Positions 1 to 12,944 of a stretch of DNA of 64,000 nt are shown here, piece by piece. The position numbers were made by a program, and so were the translations under genes. The stretch covers positions 183,396,001 through 183,460,000 of the forward strand of contig OZ024740.1 in assembly GCA_964016885.1 (NCBI GenBank), in the 5' to 3' direction. Source of the stretch: Eledone cirrhosa (Eukaryota). Below the pieces are notes generated by a model, which saw only the letters and a list, made by a program, of their open reading frames with translations, was not told where the DNA came from and did not search any database. Position 1 is the first letter of the stretch, and every line of letters starts with the position of its first letter.

Positions 1-155
1 AAGAATTTGAGCAATTCGTAAGATAATGGTATCTAATTTTATTTTCTAGTTATGTTGTCTATTTTTTTTTTTTTAACTTTGTTGTTTAGTCCCTGTTTGA
101 AACAAGTCAAGAATCAAGTCTACCTTTGACATGACTATATCTCAACTTATATATA

Positions 156-857
156 TCATCATCATCATCTTCGTTTAACGTCCACTTTCCAAGCTATCAT
201 GGGTTAGAGGGGAGTTGTCCCACTTCAGGCAAAGTTGGTCGGCTGACCGTGTCTCGCTCATATAGGACTATCTGGCAGGTTTTCTACGGCTGGATGCCCT
301 TCCTAACACCAACCACATTTACAGTGTGTAACTGGGAACTTTTTACCGTGTTACCTACACGGCCACATTACAGCGTGGACTGTGTGTTTTTTTCTCGTGA
401 CAGCTACACAATCTCTATCTCATTTATCTCATTTATTTGGACTGGGTGTTGTGGTACCAACTTTATAGAGATAGGGTGGTGTTGGTGGGAGTGGGAGGGT
501 AGGGGTAGTGGATTGGGGTGTATATTTGGTTAAGAGGTGCCTACTGACTGTAGGTTTCGCTTTGTACATAGGCAAGGCGTGTCTTCTGTATCACTGCGTA
601 GCCCCAAAGATCTCGGTCCAGTGACATTGTCTTAGAGAGGTGCAAGTGTGTAAGGTCAGAATTTATCAGATCATCCCAGGTTTTTCTGGGTCTACCTACT
701 CCGTAACTACCATCAATTTTGATCACCTTGCACTTTTTTATACAGCTGTCGTCTTTCATGTGCATCACGTGGCCATACCAATGTAGTCTTCTCTTGAGTA
801 AACAGCATCTGATCCCTCTTATTCCTAATTTCTCACTTAGTTCATTTAGGCTTTTCG
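156..857 (-). mobile_element. RTE-clade LINE 3' fragment (C-terminal ORF end, 3' UTR, (GAT)n tail)
   Basis: ORF 541-768 (MKDDSCIKKC..GRPRKTWDDLINSDLT) is nearly identical to the C-terminus of the 45801-48248 ORF; same 3' UTR; (CAT)n at 156-169 abuts a short (TA)n. Confidence 0.9.
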
Positions 858-1997
858 TCTATAGCTCCCACATTTTTCAACATATTTCGTTCAAATTCGA
901 AACTTCGGCTCCACCTCACACATAAATCAATTTATTTGGTTCAACTTTTTTACTACGATAGAACCTATTATTAGCTCCCACATTTTTCAACCGCTTTTGT
1001 TCAAATTCGAAACTTCGGCCCCACCTCACACATAGATCAATTTATTTGGTTCAACTTTTATACTATGATAGAACCTATCATTGCACATCTTTACACTTTG
1101 TATTTTTTGTTCAGAGTCGGCGTGGCAGCCGTTTAACTCTTCAAAATATGATTTTTTCCACCTCTTACATATTACATATGATTTCACTCAACATTTCGCC
1201 ATTTGCTACACCTTACGACCGATTTTCAAGAAACTCGCCAGCTCATGAATTTTCAACCAGGTTTTATTCCAACTTGGACTCCGTTCATCTCAGTTCACAC
1301 TATTGACATCTACTACAACCGGGTGTCAACAATAATTCTTTAACTTTTTAAGTCTGCAATAAATGGCTACTATGTACAATCCAGCTATACTGTTCTTTGC
1401 ATTAATCTCTTTCATGGGTGCTATTCCAGATGTGCTTAAACTACTCTTTAGATAATGCCTCCGAAGAAGAGTAACAAAATTGGTCGGAAAACTGCGCGAG
1501 GCAGAAGTATGACAAATAGACGAGCAAGTGCGCCACTACAAAATGCCAAAATAAGACGAACTAGAAATACAACGTCCACGGCCACTGCATGCGCTGCTGA
1601 AATGGAGGATTGGCACATCCGCAGACAGACAAGAGACGCTGTGTCGAAGGTCAGTCCACAAGCTTCTAAAAATGAGGGTCAGCGCGTTCACAGTCAAAGA
1701 AGAAATGCAATGTCGACAGCCAGTGCATGAGTTTCTGAAAATGAGAATTCATCGGTTTCCAATCAAGTAGCGTGAAGAAATTTGGTTTAGTATTAGAGGT
1801 CATTACCTCGCTCCCCCAGCATGCCCCTTCGTTAGTCACCGGCGCTTCTCAGCGATAGAGGCCATCACCACCCTCCCCCGCATAGCCTGTGTGTGGCCAT
1901 AGATGAGTCGTCGAGAAGCAGTCGCTAAGATCAACACCTTTTCATCAAAGCAGATATTATTTTACCTACCCAGGCAACGCTGGGTACTGCTGCTAGT
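858..1997 (+). mobile_element. Non-autonomous/deleted Helitron remnant
   Basis: 3' subterminal hairpin TACCCAG-gcaacg-CTGGGTA (1967-1986) followed by CTAG|T (1993-1997), the classic Helitron 3' end; basic, Arg-rich ORF 1455-1730 (MPPKKSNKIGRKTARGRSM..) resembles Helitron Rep N-termini; 5' end uncertain. Confidence 0.6.
862..1081. repeat. Tandem duplication, 2 x 110 bp
   Basis: tagctcccacatttttcaa...atagaacctat occurs at 862-971 and 972-1081. Confidence 0.9.
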
Positions 1998-2169
1998 ATA
2001 TATATATGGGTGTGTGTGTGTATGTATGTATATATATATATATATCAAAATTCTGCATGAAAAGAATAACAATGAAATATGTGGAATGAATGAAGAAGAG
2101 CATCTATATTATATTTTTATTCTTCAAATGAAGAATACAGCAAATATTCATATATTTTAAACCATCCTA

Positions 2170-3380
2170 GAGCTATAATTAAATCAATAGTGAACAGTGT
2201 TTCTAAAAGAATTTCTAGATTGTCAACTAATTAGGAAATTTTCAGCCCGAGTGCTGACTATGATGAAGATTTAGCTAGATTTGGATTTAAAGGTAAAAGT
2301 ACTTATTTTCCTAGAAATAATAATGTAAGAACGGTTTTATGTAAAATAGATACTAACAATTTTAGGAGTAAATATAAGCTTTAAAATATACGGGCAGATA
2401 ATAATTTGGGATCCACTGACAAAAATAATCATAAACGATATTGTAAAGTAGCTGACCCTACAAATATAGTAAGTTAAACGTTCGTACCTCTGTATAAAAT
2501 ATAACAAACACTGGATTCCTGAGAATAAAGATAATTGAGTTAATTATTTGTAAACTTAAATTAAATAATAATGAAGATAATGTTCCCTTAATGGTAATGA
2601 AATATATCAACCACTTGTTAAGAATAAAATTCAAACAAGAAAAGATATTTTTTATAAACCCACCTTATATGGATCCAAGTAGCATCTAATATACAAAAGG
2701 TATGTTTATTATAATTGATAGAATTTTCTTCCAGACCGTTAATATAATGTAATGAATAAGAACACAGTTAAAAGTTCTTGTTCAACTACACCTAACTTGG
2801 CAGGTTATATTGCTGTTAGAACCATAGGAAAATTAATATGCATATTGATAACTCCGCCATAAGAAAAATATCACAATTAATCTATCAACTTCTTTAGGCA
2901 ATGAAGCTAAAATTGTAAATTGTCAATCTATTGATTATTTGCAAATCTAAATAATCCAAATAATGTTATCTCCCGTGATAATGAATCAACTATATCCACT
3001 AATACCAAAGTTGTTAATTGAGTATAATTGTAGAGAATGTGGTCATTGCTTTAGTTAAATTGCTATATAGAAAAATACAGCAATTACTCCAAACAATATA
3101 AATTATTATACTGGTGCCACATCTTACTCTTTAATGCAAATATATTATTCACACTTTCTTTTAAGAAGAAAAATAGGAAAAATTCCACATCACTTGCGTG
3201 ATTCATCCGGAATTTACGTAAATCTAAAAACCAACAGACCTTGCAAAATGACGGAGCTGAATGTAACTTACGTTTAACTGAACACTTGGAAATTACTATG
3301 TCATGATTTAAATTATTGAAGTGATAAAATGAAGTTATTGTATCCTATTTGCATAGATTAGCATATTCTTTCTTAAATTA
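2170..3380 (+). pseudogene. Heavily degraded Penelope-like element (RT thumb/linker/GIY-YIG region)
   Basis: Broken frames give NPP(Y)-like and NTVKSSCSTTPNLA motifs and a CNLxLTE remnant, matching the layout of the PLE at 26113-27290. Confidence 0.55.
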
Positions 3381-4361
3381 GACTTATGACCTGACTTAGA
3401 TTAAATCGTTTTTTTCTACTTTGGTTGATTGATTCTGGCCTTAATTATAATTTTATTTTTATCCACATTATTTTGATATCTTTACTCTCTCAAGATAGGT
3501 CATTTCCATTTTAAAGACCTTTCAGTTGTGTCAAGAATGTAACAGCCTCTCATGTGTTAGTGATCTTTATGAGAATTCCCACCCTTTGAATACAGCATAC
3601 ATACACCCATCTCTTCTTTTGTAACTCAACAATTTCTCTGTATCTACATTTCCAAGTGCCCACATTAAGAGTGGCTGCCTTAAGATGTGTTACCTGACAG
3701 TAATGTTTAGGTTATCCTCTGATTGTATCTTTATCTGAAAGAGAATATAGGTGTGCAATTGCTTGATGACAGTCGAGAGATTCCCACACATGAATAGGTT
3801 AGACCCATCAATACCACATGACTTGCATTAAGCCTGTATACAAAATTATAATAGTATGAAACTTATATTGCATGCTAGTCATAGATTATACCAAAACTTT
3901 TCAGGAGTGATGTCCACCCTATTACCAGCCACTTTACAGCATGGACTGGGTGTATTTTATCATGCCACTGGCAAAGCAAACATTATCTCACCACACAGAA
4001 GAATCGTTTCTGTCTTGTAGCAGTCAGACAAGTTATGAAACCATGAAAAGGTTCGGATATTCACAAACACGTTGATTTAAATGTTCCTTAAAATGGGTGG
4101 TGGAAGGACAATTTTAAATAGTGATGATGATGATATATATATAATTGAAATGGAAGATAGGACAAGCAAATAATTATTCTGTTCATCAGCTACATATAGT
4201 TGCTGACTTTTGTTTTTGGTGATAAGTGTAGAAAATCTCCATCATTTATATCCCCGTAATAATAGGCCCCAAATAAGTCTATTGCTATTCAGAAATGTTG
4301 GCTGGAAGTAAAGAACAGGCAAACAAATAAGCAACCACCAAAGTATGTGAATAGTGTTTAA

Positions 4362-4573
4362 CCCTTTAGCATTTGCATTACTCTATATTTACTATTGTAT
4401 TTTGGGGGTAAAGGCCTCACATAATTATCTCACATAATATCGAATCTATGAGATTTTGATATCATTTATTTTGAGAACAATACCTTAACATCAGTATGGC
4501 TGGTTACAACTGGTTTGAACAGAAAGAGGTGAGAAAATTCTCGCCAGATACGGCTGGTTTAAATGCTAAAGGG
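4362..4573. mobile_element. piggyBac-type MITE
   Basis: TTAA|CCCTTTAGCATTT ... AAATGCTAAAGGG|TTAA: perfect 13-bp TIRs starting CCC, with a TTAA target-site duplication. Confidence 0.8.
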
Positions 4574-5534
4574 TTAAATACTTGTGAGGAAATCATGAAG
4601 TATACAGACAAAATTGACAGAAAATAATAGAAAACCTATTTTTTTTATTAAACACCTGATGGTACAAAAATTACAGTCAGATCAAAGGAAATGCCTATAT
4701 AAATTTGAATAGTGATATTATAGATCCGAGGTGACATTGCCCAATATTTCTCCTTTTAAAGAAGACAGCTGAGTGTGAATTGAGGGACATTTGCTTGCTA
4801 TTTCTAACAGATCATGTAATCACAAAGAGGGTTATCTTGTTGACTCATATTCGTTATTTTTATTAAGGTTAACAATTTAATTAACTTAAAAATATGAAAA
4901 ATGGAAAAAAAAATGAGAAGTTTTTAATATTCGTCACATAACTCCACTTGTTGCAATTTACCTGAATGATAAATCAAACAAAAATAATAATAAAATAAAG
5001 AAGGTTCCACTCCTACTTCACGCTTGAATGAGCAGTTAGCAGTAGCAAAATTATCCAGCTGTGAAAAATAAATTTTTCCAGCAAAAACCATCCCAGCAAT
5101 GGAAGCATGGGAAAATATTTGTAAAGGAGAGGGGATGAGTAGGGATATTCTTCATTAAACTAATTTTTCAAAATATATTTTATGAGTCTTGATTTCACTG
5201 TGTTATTAATGTTACATGTTACATTATAAAACTGAGTTATAAAAGTTAATATTATCATTATTATGATTATCTTTATGCGAAAAGCAAATTGATGGGTAGA
5301 AATTTAGAATGCTAAAAGAAATACTTTGTGGTATTATAGTTATTTTCCTTAATGTTAAGAGTTCAAATTTTTGTAGTTCTGTAGGGGTCAATAAAATAAA
5401 TAGCTATTGTTGTTTAGCCCCAGTTCAATTCTCAGAAGAGCTATAATGAAAAGCATTTCAACTAATTGCCTCTTAATTCAGGGATATGGTGGTATATGCT
5501 AAACCAGATACACACAATATACAATTATATATAT

Positions 5535-5584
<50 letters not shown>

Positions 5585-5665
5585 CTAAGAGTGTGTGGTA
5601 AGATACCAGGTGGACCATAATGCACCAGAGTACACAATATGTAGGGTAGTAGAGTGGGTAATAGT

Positions 5666-5780
5666 AAAAGAGTTAGGACCCCGGTGGTTGAGCTCCGGCC
5701 GTTTCGACAGCTAGATTTGAATGGTTCGGATCTAGCTGTTGAAACGGCAGGAGCTCAACCGCCGGGGTCCTGACTCTTTT
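5666..5780. repeat. GC-rich foldback palindrome (115 bp) at the end of a small repeat element
   Basis: aaaagagttaggaccccggtggttgagctcc..gtttcgacagctagat / atctagctgttgaaac..ggagctcaaccgccggggtcctgactctttt; 5585-5715 is homologous to the reverse complement of 23830-23950. Confidence 0.85.
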
Positions 5781-5864
5781 CCTTTATATATAGCAGAGAA
5801 AAGTGGAAACAAAATGATGATGATGGTGATGATGATATATATATATATATATTATGTGTCTACA

Positions 5865-6018
5865 TTGTCGTCATCAATGCCATCGTCTTCATCTTCTTCC
5901 TTAACCATACATTCCAGAGGGCCTTATCAGAAAAATACATCTCCAAATGGTCCAGCCAGATCCCCATGTGAGACCAACAGAGCTCATAGATATTTTCCAA
6001 CTATCTTGATTGTGATCT
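5865..6018 (-). mobile_element. Short degraded RTE-like 3' tip
   Basis: Minus-strand translation ..LCWSHMGIWLDHLEM..DKALW followed by a GAA/GAT-rich tail; similar to 61490-61616. Confidence 0.4.
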
Positions 6019-7931
6019 ATATATTTTTGTAGTTCTGTAGGGGTCAATAAAATAAATAGCTATTGTTGTTGTTTAGCCCCAGTTCAATTCTCAGAAGAAC
6101 TATAATGAAAAGCATTTCAACTAAGTGCATCTTAATTCAGGGATATGGTGGTATATGCTAAACCAGATACACACAATATACAATTATATATATATATACA
6201 TATATACTTAGCTTTGCCCATAAAATCTGTCCCACAATTCTTTCCTTAGACTTATGTCCATAGTGTCAGAGCTGTGTCTTTACATTCAGATAATTTTCAC
6301 CACTTTCAAATTTGTTACTGGCAGTCATCACTCTGGAAAAATATCAGTCCCAAATGAAGGAGTCCCTTGATAAGCTTGAAGCCTCATGGATAATGCAGCA
6401 ATTACATATTACCACAAAGTACAAGCGAAACTGTCAACAGTCGGGGGATAGAGAAATATTGGTAAACATTTATCTATTATTTCTTCAAACTTACATTTTA
6501 AACTAAGCTCCATTTAATTGATTATTTATTTAGTTTATTTCTCCAGACTAAGAATAAAAATTAAATAAATTTTATCTGCCTGTTTTCAAACTTACAATTT
6601 TATATATATTTTATTTACTCTTTATCATTAGTATTAATATAAAATATAACTAGATTTTGTTAGAGACGGGCCTCAAATTTCCTATAGCTTAAGGACTCAG
6701 CAGATGAAAGTCTGAGTGAGTGCGATTTAGCTGCTATTTCCAGCAAAGCGAGCTATTGTTTCTCTAATTGACTTGAAGGACTTAAGATCATGTTTTTGCT
6801 TTTTGGCTTTAGATCAAAAGATTATTCTAATGGCATAAACCAATGCTAAGTTAATACTCTCTGGCTAGAACATTTAATTCTGGCTGGCTCATTTTCCATT
6901 TCTTTAAGCAGATGCATTGTTTCTGCTTAATCTCAAATCATTCTTAACTTAGCAGACCAACTATGAATGGCATTTCAACTATAAATACTGTATGCATCTC
7001 TCCAGAATTGAATATCTACATTATCTGATTTCTCTCTCCCTTTTCAAGTTAGAAGGATATAATTCAAGGATGGCTTAGCCGATATCCAGGGTATTCTTTA
7101 CTGACTAGTGAAGATACCATGTTTAAATAAGTATAATGATAAATTTGCAGAGTTATTAAAGCATTATGTTTGTTCCAGATCTCTGTACACTGAGTTAAAA
7201 TCCTACAGAGATTAATTTTGCTTTTCATTCTTTTGGGTTCAATAAATATAGCAGCAGTCCAAGGCAGTGGATTGACATGGGATTGAATTGTTCAAGCATT
7301 GGATGGAATACCTAGTGGTATATGTCATGGTATTTTGTATTCTTAGTTCAAACCTCTTTCCTGTCAGCAGATAAATAGTGACATGATAACACTGGGGTCC
7401 TTATTGTTAAAATACACAAGAAACCTCCTATGAGATGCAACCTGATATGGGCTTGGCTAAATATATGCAGGAGTAAATTGCAATAACAAAAACAACATCA
7501 TTAAACACATAAGCATAGTGCACAAATGTAAGCAAATGAGAGCAATATCTAATGCACAAGTTCTGATTTGAACACTATATTACATCATTGCATTCTGATA
7601 GCATGTAGTAAAATATATGTTAACACTCCAAAGTCATTGTTATAAACTTGGTTTTAACACTAACTAAGGTTGTTGTATTCCTATGATACTGTTATCACAT
7701 GATACTTTCTTGTCAGTGCTAGACATGTAATTATACTGGATATTATTTTGCTTCTCACCACATGTTCATATGTTTGAGTGCTATCCAGGAACGATACTAC
7801 TGACTGTGACCTGGGATGTTCAATGTGTCACTACTCTCTTGTATTCATCCCAACAAATACTTCTTGAAACTAGCAATATTAGAAGGTGCTTCAATTTTCT
7901 TAGGAATTCTTCAAACGTACCAAGATCTTAG

Positions 7932-8100
7932 GAACAACAACAGCAATAACAATGATGATGAGAGTAAAGATGATAACAACAGAAATGGCAGCAACAACAA
8001 CGCCAACAACACCAATGGCAGCAATAATAATGATGGCAAAATCAATAATTATGACAAGAGCAACAACGATGACAAAAACAACAACTAAAACAACAACAAA
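7932..8100. repeat. Degenerate (AAC/AAT/GAT)n trinucleotide microsatellite
   Basis: Direct sequence inspection. Confidence 0.85.
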
Positions 8101-8759
8101 TATTAAGATGTGTGCTTTTAGTGCTTGTAACATTTCTTATTACCAGTAGAAAAGAAGTATTTCACACTATCAGTAAAAACGTTATTATCTGTTCTTTGTG
8201 TGTTTTATTGTCAGTGGAACTTTAGAAGAAATGAAAGACTGAAGCTGTTTTGTATTAACTTTAATAAATTGCTGGACAGAGAACTATTATTTCCTCTTGA
8301 GTTGAGATATTAAGCTTATCCAATTCCGATTGCTTTTCAATTATGTTTAGCATTCTTAAATTACTGCTAAATGATTACACATCGTATACAACAAGAGATA
8401 AGAACTTAAATTGACTGCATAAATGCAATGAATATGGATTGGTTAGTTTTATATTTTTATTGATTTGTTTTTCTAGAAAAGTCATCAGTACAAAAGCTTT
8501 ATGAAAGATACAATTGTAAGTTTTTGTGTTTCTATGGACATAAGATTTGGTTTGCATGTGTTCTCTACTGTTGTAACATTGCCATTAATGAAGTTTTAAA
8601 TTTCAAATAAATTTTAATACTTGGATCTATTTCACATTAACATGCAAATTATTTACATGGATGACATGAAAAAAATGATTCTATTAGTATTCTTATTACT
8701 ATTATTTTTACCTCTATTTTTATTTCTGTTATTATTATTATTGTTATTTGATGATTTGC

Positions 8760-10120
8760 TTCTGGTCCGAATGTCACTCAATTCCTTCAAAGAAATTCGG
8801 GAGAGCTTTCCTCAAGACGTGGGAACCTTGAATGTGAAACCGACATCGAGACTTTTAAAGGGGTTCCCAAAAGAAACCCCACCATCCATGGTGGTCGAAC
8901 CACCCGACCTTCACAAGACCCCGGGAGGTAAGTAAACCTTCCCTCTCTCTTAGCTTACCAACATGGTCTTATTAAGAGTAGGAAGTTTAAATGTTCGCGG
9001 CCTCAGGTCGCTGGAAATGGATGAGATTTCCATCAGCGAGACCAGAATTTCCGACACGCACGCACTAGCCCCCATTTTCAACGACTATCAGATCTTCCCA
9101 TGTGTTAGCAGGCCGGGAATGGGGGGTGGGGTGGCAGTGCTGTTTAGGAAAGGACTGGATCTCGAGGCAAGGTTGATCTTCCGGGACCCGGATGGTAAGT
9201 TGGTGGTCTTGGATGTGAGCAGTAGCAAAGGTGGTGCCTTTAGACTGCTGGCCGTCTACACCCCTACAGGGGCCGGACGACCGGACTTCTTTAGGTGCCT
9301 GGAGACCTTTCTGGGTACGTCTCACCCTTTACTGTTAGCGGGGGACTGGAATGTCATCTTAGGCACACACTAGGATTGTGTGGGAGTAGCTGATAGGAGC
9401 AGGAGGTGCAAAAGCCTCAAGCACCTACTCAGCCAGTTCCAACTGTCTGACAGGTATCGACTAGATTTCCCCAATGTGCCAGTATCGACATGAACCAACC
9501 GAATGGGGTCATCTAGATCGTATATAGACAGGATCTTCATTAGGAAAATAGATAGAAATAGTGTAGGCTGCCCACTTTTTAAAACGGTCGCCCTAATCAG
9601 ATGACAAATTTGTGATCTGTACGGTCGACCTAGATAAAACGTGTAGGTTAGGACCGAGTTACTGGAAGCTGAACATGTCATTTCCGGCACATAAGGCTTA
9701 CAGGAACCGAGTCAACAATTTAGTTAAGCAAAAGTTGACAGGGGGAATCATCAACAACAGATGGTGGGGGGCTCTCAAAAGAGAGATTAGAGTAACTTCG
9801 ATAGAGTTCAGCAAAGGACTAGCGTTAGAGAAAAATAGAAAGGAGGGGGAGCTGGTAGATAAGATAAACGAGGCTATTTGTAGTGGCATTGCAACTGACG
9901 TGCTAGCGGCAAGAATGGCATTAGACCATTTCTTCAATGCGAAACACGAAGGTTGCATTGTCAGAGCTAAGGTGCGTGCACTGAGAGACGAGGGAACCAA
10001 AGCTGTTCAATGGGCCCGCGTGGCAGAGGCGCAGCATGGTAATAAAACCACAATTTGGTCTTTGGCGAACCGAGACGGACACGAGATAAGCGATTCCAAG
10101 CATATGTGTGAGGCCTTTCG
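8760..10120 (+). mobile_element. Tx1/L1-clade LINE fragment: ORF1 end plus ORF2 AP-endonuclease, disrupted and 3'-truncated
   Basis: ORF2 begins MVLLRVGSLNVRGLRS, with ISETR, GGGVAVL, GDWN, SRSYIDRI and GPSYWKLN motifs; in-frame stops at 9371, 9491 and 9602. Confidence 0.85.
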
Positions 10121-12049
10121 CATAAATGTTAATGTATATGAGTGTGTCTCTACAAATTGACATAGAATGATAGATATTATAAAGGCAGCAATTCTTTACA
10201 TCATTTGTTCTTGTTCTCAGCACCCTCAGTTGAAATTGTGTCCTATCTATCCTTCATGCCAATATATCCTAATTCCAATAGATTAAGTGCCCTTATATTT
10301 AACATATTTCATTTCTTCACTGATTGTTTGAGAATCGAACTTTGATGCTAAAAATTTCAAACTGATTTTGGTTTCTTTATTACTAAACATATTATTACTA
10401 AATATATTAACCCATTTGGAACCAAACCACCTGATACTGTATTTGTTTCTATAATGCAAAACGATTTGCTTGAAAGTGTTGATATTTAAATTCAATCCTT
10501 CCATTATAATTTTATGCAAAATAATTGGTTATATTTGAAGCATCAGCTTAATGAAATTGCTTGTTATTTTACTAAATCATTGAAAGTTATTAATTATTTT
10601 CAAAATTAATTAAAATTCATATATAGAATATTTCATTAGAAATATGGTAATGAAATTGTAAACATTTCGTCGTGGGACACATGAATATGTTACATTTTAT
10701 AAATGTTCTCATTCTATTTGGATGCATAATTTTTTTCATAACATTGTTTCATTGTGTTAAATATTTTGATTATATCTATGAAATCTTTCTATAATTATGT
10801 TAAAGTTATTCAAAGTGTAACATCAGTCCTAATCATTCAGACCTATAATCAATATGAATTACAGTAATGACTATGTCAACATTCTGTATATCAGGTAATA
10901 TATTAACCACTGTGTAAGACAGTTGTAAAACTTTTGAGTATGATTTGAGGGGTATTTGGCTGCTAGTGCTAATATTTAATTATTATTGTTGTTTAACTTT
11001 AAGACAGTTCAATTTGTGTAGACCAACAATCAAGAGGCTTTATAGTGCTGACACTTACTTTGTGTATATCAGAGACTAAGCTAACCAATGTGTCCTTCTT
11101 TTCTTATGGCAGTAAAGAGTGATCCAGGGGAGATTCAGTTGCTATTATTTTGCAGGTTGAGCAATGATATACAAGTAAATGTATTGAAATCTTGCTGCAT
11201 TGAATTACTTATTGGTTGAATCTCTTTATTATTCCAAAGTATATGCAACTTTCAAATGAAAATGAGACTGACACACATATAATTAATCTAAATAAATGTA
11301 AAGCAATACAACCTCAAAATGAAAGAGTTCAAAATAAAAATGTAATTAGTCTCATGTATTTTTCTTTTGAAATTATATTTTGTTAAGTAAACAAAATGTA
11401 ATATAGTTCAGGAAATAGAATTAAATGTCAATGACATTGCTGTTATCTAGTCTATGTCATTTTCGTTGGTTAATTATTTTTTAGAAAAATAGCCAATTAC
11501 ATGTATGTTTCTCTATGTAACTGTGTGTTTGTGTGTGTGTGTGTGCATACAGGCATATTCACATAGCTAGAACTGTAATGACTGTGATATTTTAGATAAT
11601 CCACTGCTTTATGCTCTGTCATTATCTAGATAATATACCACTAATATGTATGTATGTTTGTATGTATATATATTCATGTGTGTATGTATGTATATATCTA
11701 TGTATTTATGTATGTATGTATACAATACTCGGATTGGTGCCCTAGTGCGTAGCTGGCACATTGGGAGCGAGAGACTGATAGTTCTTGTTAGGACATCATT
11801 CTAGGAGAAGAAAAACCCTAATGTAGAACATGTGGCTTGATGGCAGCCAATGATGTTGACCTGTTCTACTTTTTGGATACTTGTCACTGTTGTTCAGAAA
11901 GTGGGATTAGTCCAGTGCAAGGCATTTTTTCACATAAAAAAAGCTTTAAATTTAGGCATGAGATTCACGTGTGTTGCTTGAGCATGGTCTTTTCTTTTTT
12001 CTTTCACTGCAGTATATGCCGAAAGGAATCTACGTTCTTGACAAGGCTA

Positions 12050-12440
12050 AAATGATGCTTTCATGCCAATCATGGAAGTGAAACATGGGAAGTATGCGCA
12101 GAGGATATACAAAGATTGGAAAGAAATGAAACTTGCATGCTTTCATGGATGTGCAATAGCAGTGTGCATTAATTACACAGCACCAATGAACTAGAGAGAG
12201 AAACTAGATATAAGGTAGGTAAAATGTGGTGTGCATGCAAGGAGATTGCAGTGGTATGGACACGTGATGATAGGGATAATGATAGCTGTTATAAAATGAT
12301 GCAGGGCACTCAAAGTCGATGAAAACTATAGAATAAGAAGTCCTAGGAAAGTTTGGGATAAAATGCTAAAAGCTGACCTTACACAATTAAAATTTACAAA
12401 GGAGATGACAATTGAAATTTCTGGTGATAAACACACATGT
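12050..12440 (+). mobile_element. Degraded RTE 3' coding fragment
   Basis: HGSETW..AEDIQRLERNETCML.WMC.. and RLQWYGHVM remnants. Confidence 0.7.
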
Positions 12441-12944
12441 GGAGGACACTAGTCAACACCAATCTTCTCCCTAGCCCACCCCCTCACCAGCTAAATATCC
12501 CACTCATCTCATCCATGTCTCACTTACCTACTCCCCCCCCCCAAAAAAAAATAACCCTCACTCTTCACCCCTGATACATCTCTCCTGTCCAGACCATGCA
12601 AATATACATGGAAAACTAAACATGCTACACATCTAATCTTCCACAATTCTGCTGCCACATCAGAAAAAGCACTAATTCCACCTTGTGTAGTTATCTGCTG
12701 TCACAATAACAAAAGCTCCCAGTCCTCCCAGAGATGTGGCTATGCTAGTTATATGACAAGAGGCAGCAATCAATCCACCCCATAAGGTGGTCATGCTAGT
12801 GACACAAGGGGCTCCCAGTCCACCTTGTATAGTGGTCATGCTGGTTACACAAAAAAAGCATCCAGTCAACTTTGTAAGATGTTATTATTTGTGACACAAG
12901 AAAAAGGCACCCAGTCCCCTCTGTAAGGTTGTGGTGATGGTGGC

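Larger units (their letters stand above)
5367..6196. repeat. Direct repeat pair of about 165 bp (5367-5535 and 6023-6196)
   Basis: atttttgtagttctgtaggggtcaataaaat...ccagatacacacaatatacaattatata is present twice, near-identical. Confidence 0.9.

Noticed and set aside
7816-8149. Asn-rich, Thr-rich and hydrophobic ORFs
   Set aside because: Artefacts of a trinucleotide repeat tract
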